A stretch of 64,000 bases of DNA from Octopus sinensis (Eukaryota), in assembly GCF_006345805.1 (NCBI RefSeq), contig NC_043010.1, forward strand, positions 35,464,001-35,528,000, written 5' to 3'. The first letter of the stretch is position 1. The number at the start of each line of letters is the position of its first letter. The translations under genes were made by a program, and so were the position numbers. Shown here one piece after another: positions 15,583 through 27,852 of the stretch. The notes below the pieces were generated by a model. It was given only the letters and a program-made list of their open reading frames with translations, was not told the DNA's origin and did not search any database.

Positions 15583-16115
15583 TAAATTTATAAGGTACTC
15601 AACAAATTTTAATCTGGGTCTAAAAGAATGGGTGTATAATCCTCAGTGAAAATGATATATAGATAAAAACATTTCACAGAAGAAAAGCCAAGTCCTTCTG
15701 CAGGGTTATTGTGCTTTCGATCTTAAACAGTGAAACAGATACAAACCGTGTTCCTAGCATTTTATTTTTGAAATTATACCCTGCAATAGTTACTGTCAAT
15801 TTTATTACCTGGTATAAAATTAATTCCTCCCACTCACAAAAACAATAAAAGTAAAAAGGATCCAATTTGAAAGTATATGCAATGAGATATATTACTGGTA
15901 TTAAATGACAATCAAGAGTGCAGAAAAAAAATAAGCATGCGACAGTGTTAAAAAGTAGATAAGTAAATGAAGAGAAGTTAAATGTTGAAGTGTAAATGAA
16001 CCAGTGGTCACTCCAACAGAATAAAGCAAGCAACACATAATACGAGACAGGTTTCCTGTTTTAATGACTGAAACCTATAATGCGGTTAATAGTTGTAAAG
16101 GTATAACATACTCAC

Positions 16116-16364
16116 CAAAGTCAGTGCCGTGGCATGTGAGTCAATATCAGCAGTCAGAGGAGGCTTGTCGCCTACCTGGAAGTCAAAGTAGACAACCTTG
16201 TGGGAGAATGTGGAGAACTCATTACTAAAGCAGAATTTATACACGCCAGTTTGGTCAGCTGTCCACGTGAAGGTATCATACTGTTTCTTAGTGTCTTTGT
16301 ATAATATCTGACCACTTGGTGCTGAAAGTTCCATATCAACATCATAACTACCACCAGTTATTAC
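16116..16364 (-). CDS. TMED7: p24-gamma cargo receptor (TMED7/TMED3-like), coding exon 2 (83 codons, GOLD domain)
   Basis: [18 protein letters not shown]...[28 protein letters not shown]...ATALTL, bounded by acceptor ttgcag and donor gtgagt, both phase 0. Matches the [10 protein letters not shown](S/T)HK..YFDFQVG signature of TMED7/TMED3; assignment between the two paralogues is not resolved. Confidence 0.95.
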
Positions 16365-18439
16365 CTGCAACAAAAACAAAACACTATATATTTTCTGATT
16401 ATAAATAATAAACACCCAGTTTTAAAGCCGTTAATGTCAATAATTAGTCTGGAGAAGCAGAGAAGTGGCCCTGATTTTTCCAAGTTCTTTGAAACTGCAG
16501 CATAGGGATAGTTGAATGTGATTATTACAGTTAATATTCACGTTAATACTCTTGATGTATATTAAGAAAATTATGGAAAGAGGCAACAGAATCAAGCAGT
16601 GTTTATAATGTAGCAATTTGGTTAGAAGACAACATAGAATAGTCAATGTATGTATCAAATGGTTTTGAGATGGAAGTGGTATATTGTTAGCAAGACCTAG
16701 ATAGTAGTGGAAAAGATATAGTGATGAACATAATTCATGGATGGGCAAGAAAAGATACTGTTATTGATGGTTTACACAAGAAAAGATTGGATATGGCTAG
16801 CCACCAGATTGAGAGAAATGGTCAGAATTTCATGTCACATCATTTACCGGATTCTCAAACTTTCACTTTGAAAATACATTCTCACTTTTTTTTTTTTTAA
16901 ATTAGAATGACTGAAATCTAATTATTTATTATTTTCAAGATAGTTCTGGGGTGAGACAATAATAGCTATGAACTAGTGCACCCTTCTCATACTTTTATCC
17001 CTCATAACCTTGGATAAAGCTGGCTCCTGAAAGTTTGTAGTTTTGCAAACTGTATGGCAGCTTCATTAGTACTGGTGACACAAAAAAGGCACCTAGTTAC
17101 ACACTGTAAAGTGGTTGGCATTACAAAAGCAACCAGCCACAGTAATCATGGCAGACACTGTCAATCTCTCAAACACATGCCAGCATAGAACATGGACATT
17201 AAATGACAATGGAGGATGATGACCTAGTCATCTCATCACAAAGTTGTTTTTTTTTTTCTTACATATGGAAACTACCACTTGCATAAGTCATTAAAATTAA
17301 TACTAGTATATTCAATGTTATTTCAGCCAGGTTTGAAAAGGATACTAAATTATGCTAAATATTCTCGATTTCTTTAATTCAGTTTTAGTGTGTCAAGAAA
17401 ATCTGCAGGACAGTTATGCAGCCAGACTACAAACTGCATAGTTATAAGTTCAAAACTCACTTTTTTTGTTATATTGTATCTATTAAACAAACAGATTCCA
17501 TTTGACTGGTTAGCAAAAGGGCATCTTGTAGTAAAAGTAATTGCTCTACCAAATAAACCATCTCACATAACAATTATGAAGGAAGTGAGCCAATGGATTA
17601 AGATTTCCTGGAGTGGAGAGCATTTCAGTGTTAGATAAGTCTTAAAAGAACCAGCTAATTGTAACTTTGCTAGCCCCATAATGGTTCATATGATACTGAT
17701 TGTCTCCAAGCAAAATATGAGGGACTTTCTAACACAAATCTACACAAAGGCTGGTGATTACTCGATATGAAAAATAAAAAGAAGTGTTAGAACATGATTA
17801 TAGAAACCTTAAGCACTTCATAAGGTTCCTCAGAAGAGTATATTTGAATAAATTAACCCACACTACTTGATTGGTATATATTTTATTAACCCTAAAAAGA
17901 TGAAAACAAAGTAGACTACAGTGGAATTTGAACTTGATGTTAAAAAAAAAGAGATGTAACTTAATGCCAAATTGCTTAACTGCAATTAAAAAAGTTTACA
18001 ATATATGTTAAAATGTTCATGAAACTTAAACTCTAATAATCAAAGTTATAAGTGTGTGTGTGTTACAACACGGATAAGGTTTGATAACAAGAAGAATCTC
18101 GAGCTGCAAAATCCTGCCTCAAATAAGCACTTGCCCAACACATGCTAGCATGGATATTAAATGAATAAGTGTGTGGGTGGGTGTGTATAATTCAGCTAAC
18201 TGTAGAAATTTAAGTCTGCTTAACAAAAATTACAAACGAGTGCTCCTTAACCATAAGAATGATTTCTAACATTGGCACAAACCCAAAAAATTTAAGGGAG
18301 AAATGACTGTGACTGATCCGATTCCAGCACATGCCCGGTTTTTATTTTCGTCAACTTCAATTGAATAGAAGGCAAAGTCAACGCCTTAAGAATGTGAATT
18401 CTGATAGTGAGAGATAGGATAAAATTCTCAAACTCCAAG

Positions 18440-18790
18440 ATCTGTTTCACAGACACACTCTCTCCACACTGCCCTTTCTACCATGCTACAATGCCCCTTG
18501 CTCCTCAAATGTGACTGCTTTCGTGTCACTTTCACGCAAGCACCCTCGATTCACTCTTTTCTCCGACTCTAAACGCTGTTCACCACCACTCCACATATAC
18601 ACCACTTCCAAGACAGACAAACTAACCACTACAACCAATCCTTTCGTCCCAGAATATCGACACTTGGGGATTCCCTCCCGGCACATATCCTTCAAGTATC
18701 GATCTCACCGGTCTCGGAGGGCCAGTGAAGGTCGTAGATACAACTCTTCCTCCAGACTAAACTATTAAAAAAAAAAACAAAAAAAAAACA
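18440..18790 (+). mobile_element. CR1/L2-type LINE 3' end with poly(A) tail, antisense in TMED intron 1
   Basis: Decayed ORF2 C-terminus-like translation (YNAPCSSNVTAFV...NPFVPEYRHLGIP) followed by an A-rich tail at 18765-18790. Confidence 0.55.
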
Positions 18791-20341
18791 ATCCTGTCCC
18801 CTACTATTTTCGCCATTCCATCAGCTTGATTTTTATTATACATAAAACATACGAGATGAATACTAGTTGTTAAACTAAGGGTAAACAACCAGTCCAATTT
18901 AATGCATGAGTGCGTATAAAATTGTCAAATTGCATTTTGTGTCAAATGATAATCTCCATATTTACAGATAAATATTGTTTAATTATTTTTGATTTTTTTT
19001 CTAGGTAATATTTAATTCTGTAAAATTTAGCCATTTGTACACCCAAATGTTTACAGTCACTAAACCTTATTTTTATTATTATTTAAATTCTTGGTTAAAA
19101 TATACAACTTTCACACCTAATATGTATCATAACGTTGGTATGCTCCTAGTTAACGTGGCAGAACAAGCAACTCAATGGAGCCATCCATTCATTAAACCTT
19201 ACATGAATTCATATAAATTATCTATTAATATACGAAAAAAATGGTCATTAAGTAACCTGAGGGGAGGAAGTACGTTCTGCCAGGTTAAATTGACCTTGAC
19301 CAGATACACGATGACAAAGTTTCTATGTGGCACCCCAAACTGAGAGACGAACCTTCCCCGAATAAATAGGGGAACGGAAGTTTTGAAGCATTCAGGGTCC
19401 TGCATAAGACACAATGAACAGGATGCCAGCTCACGACACGTGAACTGGTGTTCAAATACGTTATACCCGAGGATATTTCATTCATACATATGCACACGCA
19501 GCCGTGGTTTCATAGAGGTTTACCGACACCTCCCTCTTGTAATTACTTTATAATTTCCCACAAAAAACCCTTTTTTTTTTAAACTCAACATGCGGAGGTC
19601 CTAAGCTGCTTTAATAACAGATGTGATCGCCATGGAATGGCGAAGAAGCCAACCTAAAGACCTCGTCTTCAGTGTTACAGTCGTAATAAGTAACACCCAC
19701 TAACACCTGTATCTGTCTGTGTTCATACCTATATGATGGTTACGTTAATTAGCATTTATAAAACAAGGAAATTGAGACAACTATTTGTGAGATCGAAACA
19801 AGCATTTCCTTTCTATACCTAGATACATCACAGATGATGTGTATGTGTAACATATATTGAACCTATCCTCGCAAAAATAAAAGTTATGTATAACCTTGTA
19901 GGACTGAGCTCATAGTGTTGGTGGACATAACTAAATATTGCAAATTAGTAGTCTAAGACGTTATCGGGTTTCCCTACAACCATTTGCTAAAACCTATCTT
20001 CCACTTGTAACTCTAACTCATGAGTAAAAACCCTTTGAGAAAAATCTACAGTAGATTTTACCGACCTCAGTACTTGAGTGGTACTTTCATTTATAGACCT
20101 GGAGAGGATCAAAGACAAAGTTGTTCCAGACGAAAATTTAACTCAGAACAAAAAGATATAAATGGGGGATTTTTAACATTGGCACACATTTTTAGGGGAA
20201 AGGGTGAAACCGGTTATCCACTGGTACCTATTTTACTGATATCAAAGGAATGAAAGGCACAACTAATTACGATGTTATTTGAACGTTAAGGGATGATAGT
20301 AAATAAAATAATAGTAATAATTTTAATTTATTTTAACTCAC

Positions 20342-20521
20342 CTGGAACTCCAGTGTGCTTTTGAGGCCTTCTTTTATACTCTCGAAGAAACACATACGTT
20401 CGTTATCCGGTAGCTCAAACGTAAGTTCCCCGGACAGCACAGTATGCACATTTAAAAGACATAGCAGTCCTGTCACAAACACGAACATTGAAGTCGACGA
20501 AGTACTCGCAAGACACTCCAT
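20342..20521 (-). CDS. TMED7: p24-gamma cargo receptor, coding exon 1 (60 codons; signal peptide and start of GOLD domain)
   Basis: MECLAS...[42 protein letters not shown], then donor gtgagtt at 20341; joins exon 2 in frame (EFQ|VITGG). Confidence 0.93.
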
Positions 20522-21069
20522 TTGTAACTATTTAATTATAATAACAATAACTAGTAAAGGAAAATTTAAATATTCAACAAGCACCCACCTAAAAAAAAAT
20601 TAATTCCCCCAAAAAAACAAGTAGTTATAATAATTAAAAATCACAGTAACAAACAAACTCTAACAACTGCAGGAAGTCAGTCACTACACGACAACAAACA
20701 GTGGCGAGGCTTCGATTTGAAACCGGCTGGGTTTATGTTATTGTCGTATCGTTCAAAGAAACAGCGATTGATAATTAAATATATGCTTATATATATGATT
20801 TATACTACTCATGTGTAAATGTGTCGTATTATGTATGTATATATAAATATACACATATGCTTGTACGTGCGTATAAATATGTTTTATGGTAATATTTATA
20901 TAAACACTGTCAGAAGATGCAGACGAATATATTGTTATTTTTTTTCCAAAGAAATGACAGTCCAGAGAAGGAAATTGTTACAAAAGAAAAAAAGAGAAAA
21001 GAAAAAAAATCAAGAAGGAAGAAAGACAATATGGAGCAAACAAAATCCTCTCCTTTCTTTTTTTACAAC

Positions 21070-21250
21070 TCGAGGGGCGTGTGAGTGGTATCGGAGCCGG
21101 CCAGGTTTTATATGCTTAGTGACGGCAATGGCGACAGTGATGGCGGACCGAGTGACGTGGCTTTTCCGCTCGCCAGACGGCGTTTCGGTAGAATTTCGTG
21201 CTTCCGCTTTGATGCGTTGATATTTTGCCCCGTGTTTCTATATAAACGTG
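21070..21250. promoter_or_regulatory. CpG-rich upstream element of the TMED gene with a UPRE-like TGACGTGG (21153-21160) and two ATGGCG (YY1-like) cores
   Basis: Sharp local rise in CG dinucleotides about 550-730 bp upstream of the TMED ATG; motifs read directly. Function is inferred. Confidence 0.45.
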
Positions 21251-21625
21251 TATATCCGCAAAAAATAATAATAATAATAATAATAATAAAATATAGCTTA
21301 AAAGTATGCTAAATTATTGAAGACAGAATATAATAGTTATTAATTGTAAAGATCCGTAAGTACTTCTAATGAAAGGGGAAAGAAAAAGAAAACTTCGTAC
21401 ACAATACTATTCAATTTTTTTTTTTTAATATAGTGAGTTTGTGCCCATCTGAATAATGATGTGGGCGAGCCAAAACATCGACTAAATAAAAATATATATA
21501 CTCAGGACGTCATTCAAAACTGAAGATGATGGGAATGAAACAAGTAATCAACTGCATATGTATCGATGATACAAATGTGGGTAGAAATCAATAAGTTATT
21601 GATCACCAATAAATGTAATAAAGTA

Positions 21626-22882
21626 TTGGGTTGTCCGGAAAGTTCGTGCCGATTTTTAAAGGAAAGAAAAAGGTCAATAAATACTTGCCATTATATTTTT
21701 AATCAACCAAATATGAACCATTTTTGTGGCACAATGCGTCTCCATCTTTCCTTTAACTTGAAAATACCCTCTTCCCAGAACTGAGGTGGTTTCATGGCAA
21801 GGAATTCATCAAGGTATCTTTTTAAGTCATCCAAGGAAGTGAAATTTTTACCATTAAAACTATTCTGCAGAGACCTAAATAAGTGGAAATCCGAAGGAGC
21901 AATATATGGTGAATATGGAGGGTGGGGTAACACATCCCAGCTGAGCTGCAGCAATTTTTGTTTGGTTCCCAAAGAAATGTGTGGTCTTGCATTATCATGT
22001 TGGAAAACAACACCCTTCCTGTTGGCCAATCCTGGACGTTTCTCTTGAGTTGCTGCTTTTAACTTGTCCAGTTGTGTGCAGTATTTCTCAGAATTAATTG
22101 TCTGGTTACTTGGGAGAAGCTCATAGTACAGAATTCCTTTCCAATCCCACAAGACACAAAGCAAGACTTTTTTAGGGTGAAGACCCGCTTTTGAGGTGGC
22201 TAAGGGTGGGTCATGTCACTTATTCCAGGATTGCTTTCTCTGAACATTTCAGTAGATAATCCATTTCTCATCACCTGTCACAATTCGCTTTAAAAAAAGG
22301 CATGTTTTCATTCCATTTATAAAGCAAATTACAGATGGAAATGCGATCCAAAAGGTTCTTCTCACTTAACTCACGTGGTACCCAAACATTGTAGTGATTT
22401 GTGTACCCAAGCTTTACCAGGTGCTCATGAACGACAGATTTTGATAGGTTGAGGCTTTCTGCCAATTCTCAGGTTGTGCACTGTGGGTTATTCTCAATTA
22501 ATGACTTGATTTGGTCATCATCTGTAGTGGCTGGTCTGCCTGATCGCTCTTTATCAATAAGGCTACAATCTCCAGCTTGGAACCTTGCAAACTACTTCGG
22601 ATAAAGAAACATCACCGTAAACTGCGCATATTTCTTTGGTTGCTTGTGAGGCATTCTTCCCTTTACAGAAAAAGAAAAGCATCAAGTGCCGAAAATTAAC
22701 TTTCTTATCTTCCATTTTAAAGGGTTGCAGAATTAACACAGGTTATAGGAACATAAACCTTCTTCCACAAAAAGATAGCTTAAACTGTGCTCTAAATGGA
22801 GGTGTAGTCAAATCCTATTATATAGACTCAACCATGTTCTAAAATAAGTTGAAAGGTAAGCTACTATAAATCGGCACAAACT
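21626..22882 (-). mobile_element. Near full-length mariner (DD34D) transposon, frameshifted transposase pseudogene at about 21703-22715
   Basis: TA then TIR ttgggttgtccggaaagttcgtgccgattt at 21626; partial partner aaatcggcacaaact ending at about 22882; transposase motifs MEDKKVNFRHLMLFFF, WVPREL, IVTGDEKW, HDNARPH and YSPYIAPSDFHLF. Confidence 0.95.
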
Positions 22883-23665
22883 GAAAATAGAGAATGGTAA
22901 CAGTATCGAAACTTATAATATTGACTTGATCCTTTTATATACTGTCAGAATCACAAGCATCCAGCATAGGATGCTGGTCTCCAACAAATAGTTTTTCTCC
23001 AGCATTGAATGCGAAGAAAAAGCTTGTTAGTTTACATTACTTGCAGAGATGAATTTCACAACACCTTTCGTGATACCTATTTATGGCTGAGAGTTAAGTT
23101 TCTTGACCATGGACAAAGAGGTACAGTAATAGAATAGATAACTTTCTGGTAATCTCATATTCTCACAACTGGACCATCTGCAATTCAGACCTAATATATT
23201 ACTTGTAATTATTTTATCAATTCACAGAGAATGTAAACTCAAGATTTGCAAAATATTATCATCATCATAATGCTCTACATACCAACCTCTGCTACTCCAC
23301 GTTATGACTCTATTTAAAGTTATTTATCCCAAGCCTCAAGTGATAACTTAATCATTTACCTAAATCTATCCGAAATACCAGATGTTGTGAGATTGATTAT
23401 TCAACTGCTCCTCTTCTACAAACTTACAGAGAAAACTACCTCAACTCAAATAAACATTACTATCTATATTTATACAATAAAAATGTGAGACTTTTTGAGC
23501 TCATATCTTAGTGTAAAAAGCACACCTCCTAGCATCAACAACAGCATCTTTTTCTTTTGTTTATTTCTTTGTCCTTTTTTGTTTTGATTTTGTTGGGGTT
23601 TTTTTTCAGCCAAGATGGAAGACAATGTTCATGTTCTGAGAGTTGTGGGAAGAAGAGATCTTTAA

Positions 23666-23877
23666 CCCTTTAGTATTCAGATTACTCTATCAAATGTAAT
23701 GCTTATTGATTCACACCATTTTGAATTAATCAAACAGGATCATGTAGCTTTGAGATTTTGATGAAGTGATTGTTTATTTTTAAATAAGTCTGTAGGATAA
23801 GTGTGAACCTATCCAGTTTGAACATAAAAGAAGGTAGAATATTTGGACCTGATATGGCTGGTTTAAATGCTAAAGGG
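23666..23877. mobile_element. piggyBac-like MITE (212 bp)
   Basis: TTAA|CCCTTTAGTATT at the left end and AATGCTAAAGGG|TGAA at the right (TTAA target with one mismatch). Confidence 0.7.
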
Positions 23878-24317
23878 TGAACCTGGCTGAACTGCTTGTA
23901 TAAGAGTGGACGTTGACTAAATACACCTAAGATGCTAAATCATGTGATGTAGTAGGTCAACTACCCAGGCAGCTCACCATAACAGGATTTAAATTCAGAA
24001 TTCAAAGAAGCTGGAACAAACACTGCAAGGTAATCCGGTTTGACATTCTTATAGTTCCACTAATCCACCATACTGGGTAGGTATTTTATTGATATCAAAT
24101 AAAATAACCTGATTTTATGGTGCATGTTACCAATTTTTTTATTCAAAAATCAAAATGAAAAATCTCATGAAATTGACTAAACTTGATGATATTTCTGTAT
24201 ATAATTAATTGCTCAATTCTTCATAGATGCTAAATGAGAAGTAATATAATTAATTGTACTAGGTAATTACGCATCATGCAATTAAGCAGAATTAAATGTG
24301 CATATATGTGTATGTGT

Positions 24318-24618
24318 GTGGAGGCACATGGCCTAGTGGTTAGAGCAGCGGACTCGTGGTCGAGGGATCACGGGTTCGAATCTCAGACCGGGCAATGTGT
24401 GTTTATAAGCGAAAACACCTAAGCTCCACGTGGCTCCGGTAGAAGGTAATGGCGAACTTCTGCTGACTCTTTCGCCACAACTTTCTCTCACTCTTTCCTT
24501 CTGCATCTTTCAGCTCACCTGTGACAAACCGGCATCCCGTCCAGGTAGGGAACTTGTACACCAAGGGAACCGGGAAACCGGCCCTATGAGCCAGGCATGG
24601 CTTGAGAAGGAACAAACA
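24318..24618 (+). mobile_element. tRNA-derived SINE, well preserved
   Basis: A box tggcctagtggtt, B box ggttcgaatc, then a body with ggcatcccgtccagg and ggaaaccggccctatgag; an older relative lies at about 60470-60700. Confidence 0.8.
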
Positions 24619-24879
24619 TGTGTATGTATATATGTAATCAGTTGTGATTTTATACGAATATAGTGAGGGTGTCTAACAGGGACTTAGTTCAACTTAAATT
24701 CATTACATGCCCATCTGATGACTGTAGACTTCTTAACTAAGAATGTTGTTGACAGTGACTTGAAGTCTCAGGCAGTTAAGCCATTGTTGGACTGTAGTGC
24801 ATCAAAGTTGGTCTTGCTTTTATATAGTCTCTGTTGAGTTAAAATCTTCCTTGGGTGTGTAAGTTTGAGTGGAGTGGTA

Positions 24880-26225
24880 ATTAGGTTTCTAGGGTGGGTT
24901 GTTATGGGTTGGTGTTCTGGAGAATTTTTTTTATTAAACTTGGAGTTATTGTTTAAAACTAATCCATGTGTGTAGAATTTTGTAAAGAAGTGGGTAAGTG
25001 TTTCTCTTTTGTTAGATAGACACAGGGTGTAGCAGTATTTTTGTTGTTTTTTGTATTTGGGATTTAATCTTTCTGCTTTGACAATGTAAAGATCAAAGGT
25101 AAAAAGTCCGGTATTCAAAGTCTTAGTAATTGAGTGTGTCAACTTTTTTTTTCACAAAATAATATAGATAGGTGGTAAGTTTCTACTGATCGTTTCTTTA
25201 CTTGTTTTTATCTAGAGTATTTCTTGTTTCCATTTGTAAGATAAGGGTTATTAGTCATGTCAGTGTGCTATTAGTATAGAAAATTGTTTCTCTTGTTCTT
25301 TGATGTTCACAAAAGTATTTAAGTAAAGGTTGGTCTACATGTTTCTCTCTAAATGTTCAGTTCTATAAACAATTTGGTTTAAAGGGATTTAAACCTTTGT
25401 GTTTTATGGAGGCAGAGTATGCTGTTTGTTTATAAAACTTCTTGAATAGAACGTGTATATATGTTCATGTATAAAAATAAAATTTAACTAAAAAAAAAAG
25501 GAAAGAGGTCATTCAGTTTGCTTGCATACAAATATACATTTTTTAATGTGTATATATGTAGTTTGTATAGTTATATTAGAAAATCTTTGAGGGGATGTTG
25601 GTTGGAGATAGGGAAACTTTTAGATAATTTCTAGAGTACTTGTTTAGTGTAAAGCTGTAAGAGTTGTTTTCATTATATGTTATATTGTGGGGATTGTTTA
25701 TGATGTAAGTGGAAGGAGGGGAGTTGGTGAGATATTAACAAGTGCAGCAATGAGAAAAGATTCTTGGTTTGAAGTGTTTTAGACTTTTAAGGTTTTGTGC
25801 TTGCATAAAGAGACTAGTTCAGAGTTTCGGTTCAGCATTTGGCCCATGAATATTAGAATGTGGTAGGATTCATTAGTACAAGGTTGGCAGGGTTTCTTAT
25901 CTTGGTATGATTGTACATGTGAGAGTATTCTCCAATTGATGCTAGAGTGTTTTTATTTTAATTGCCATATATGTTTGGAGAGTGACGTATCATATTTTTT
26001 CAGTTTGAGTTGCAAAATGTATATGAGTGTGTCGTCCCTTGAACTGGTTTGCTGTAGATATAGTAGTTGGTGTCACGTTTGTGGTTACTACTTGGAGTGG
26101 GCACCCAGTGTGAATGGCAGCGACAGTATTTTTCATATTGGTGCAGCAGCTGTATGAAACTTTCATTGAACTTCTATTAAAAATTTTCATTTATCTATGG
26201 TTACCTGGGAAATGCTTAGCTACTT
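24880..26225 (-). mobile_element. Penelope-like element remnants (two tandem GIY-YIG/linker fragments)
   Basis: KIFNRSSMKVSYSCCTNMK (25990-26190) matches the Penelope post-RT linker KIFNRNTVKVSYSCMPNM; WRILSHVQSY...CQPCTNESYHIL...LNRNSELVSLCKHK and YCYTLCLSNK...LNNNSKF resemble the endonuclease C-terminus. Confidence 0.65.
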
Positions 26226-26769
26226 AAGCCAGGAATTTTCTACCTACTGTACACCCAACATTTTTTTATATGCTACTTTATGAGGAATATTATCACTTAT
26301 CTACTAATCTAATTTTGTCATTTCACCTGTGAAGCCCAGTATCCTATATTCTGACCTAATCACTTTTTCCAATGTCTTCTAGAAGTGCTAATTACATTTA
26401 TCACACATATTTATTCCTATTTCATGTTTATACAAAGATAATCATTTCTTCTGCATACCTCACATCATAACATAAAGAAGAAATGGTGAGGAACAAATCT
26501 ATACCCCTTTGAATATGGGAGTATGAGTGACCTTCTTTCTCACCTTACTCATACTCCTGGATTTCATGCAGTTCAACGTTAAACATTTAATGGATTTTAC
26601 ACCCTTTCCACAATCAATGCTATACCTCACTACCATTCTGTAGCACAATACTTACTCAGCTTTTTATTTTCAGAAAGAATCCTTTTGCAAATGAGAGCAA
26701 TGTTCCCTGTGGCACTCCATTCAGGAAATTACAAGTTCTGGAAATGATGCTCCTGTGCACTACAAAGGC

Positions 26770-27540
26770 TTGATAATTTAGTGTTGAGTATTTTTTTATG
26801 TATCATAGATTGAGGAAAATGAGGCCAAAAACTTTATTGTTGTTAATAGTAGTTAGGATGGTATGAGAGAGAGGTTTTTGTCTTGTTTTTTTTTTTCTGA
26901 AGCCATCTTGTATTCCTTGTGCTAGGTTCATAAATTGAGGTTTGAATCCATGTTGTTGTGACTTAGAGATCTGGAGAGAGGTGTATATGGATTAATGGTG
27001 TCAAGAATTAATCTTTCTAAAATTTTCAAGACAGGAATAAGGTGATGAGTTTGTATGATGTTACTTCACAAGGAATTTTGCTTGACTCTAGAATTGCTAC
27101 AATTTTGCTCAATTTCTGAATTTTGGAAATTTGATCTTGTTGGTATGAATGGTTGTGAGTGTTGTGGTGATGTGAAGTGTTTAAGGTGCATATTTATTAG
27201 TGATATTACTTAGCCCAGAAGAGCTGAGGTTTAGATTTTCACATTAATTTCTCAATGTCTATTAAAAGGAAGGGATCAAGAACTATGTGTAAGGTACATA
27301 TTTTTCATTTTGTGTTCCTGTTTTCTTTGTATGATTTTTAATAACTAATAACTAATAAGATATCTGATGGTGTACGCTTGATGTTTCAGTGTGAGTATAT
27401 CTTAATGAAATATGTAATGTGGTGTAGCCATTATTATTGTTTGTGCAATGTTTTGCAGATTTTGTGGTTTCTGTTGGATAAAAATGTTTGCCAATTTTGA
27501 TTTCCCCGAGTTAATTAATCAAGGTTATTATTTCCTCTAT
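26770..27540 (-). mobile_element. Non-LTR retrotransposon RT fragment (I/Jockey-like group)
   Basis: Minus-strand remnants PVLKILERLILDTINP, QHGFKPQ and AQGIQDGF, with many stops and indels. Confidence 0.6.
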
Positions 27541-27626
27541 TTTAAGGTCTTCTTTGGCAAGCTCTGTGATATATACACATACACACACTATAATGAGCAT
27601 GCTAAACAGCAAGAATGAATATACAT

Positions 27627-27819
27627 TCTTTAACTTGTTTCATTCATTTGACTGGGGTAGTGCTGGAGCACTGCCTTTAGTTGAGCAAATCAACCCCAGG
27701 ACTTATTCTTTGTAAGCCTAGTACTTTTTCTATCAGTCTCTTGCTGAACCGCTAAGTTACGGAGATGTAAGCACACCAGCATCAGTTAATAAGTGATGTT
27801 GGTGGGGACAAACATATAT

Positions 27820-27852
<33 letters not shown>

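Noticed and set aside
1-16115. TMED exon 3 (expected ...IHEAL..IDYQTH.RLRE...YWS...)
   Set aside because: Scanned the minus strand for IHE- and YWS/LWS-type codons and found no open match; the exon probably lies left of the window, making intron 2 longer than 16 kb.
24318-24395. tRNA gene
   Set aside because: A and B boxes are present but I cannot fold a full cloverleaf, and it runs into a SINE body.
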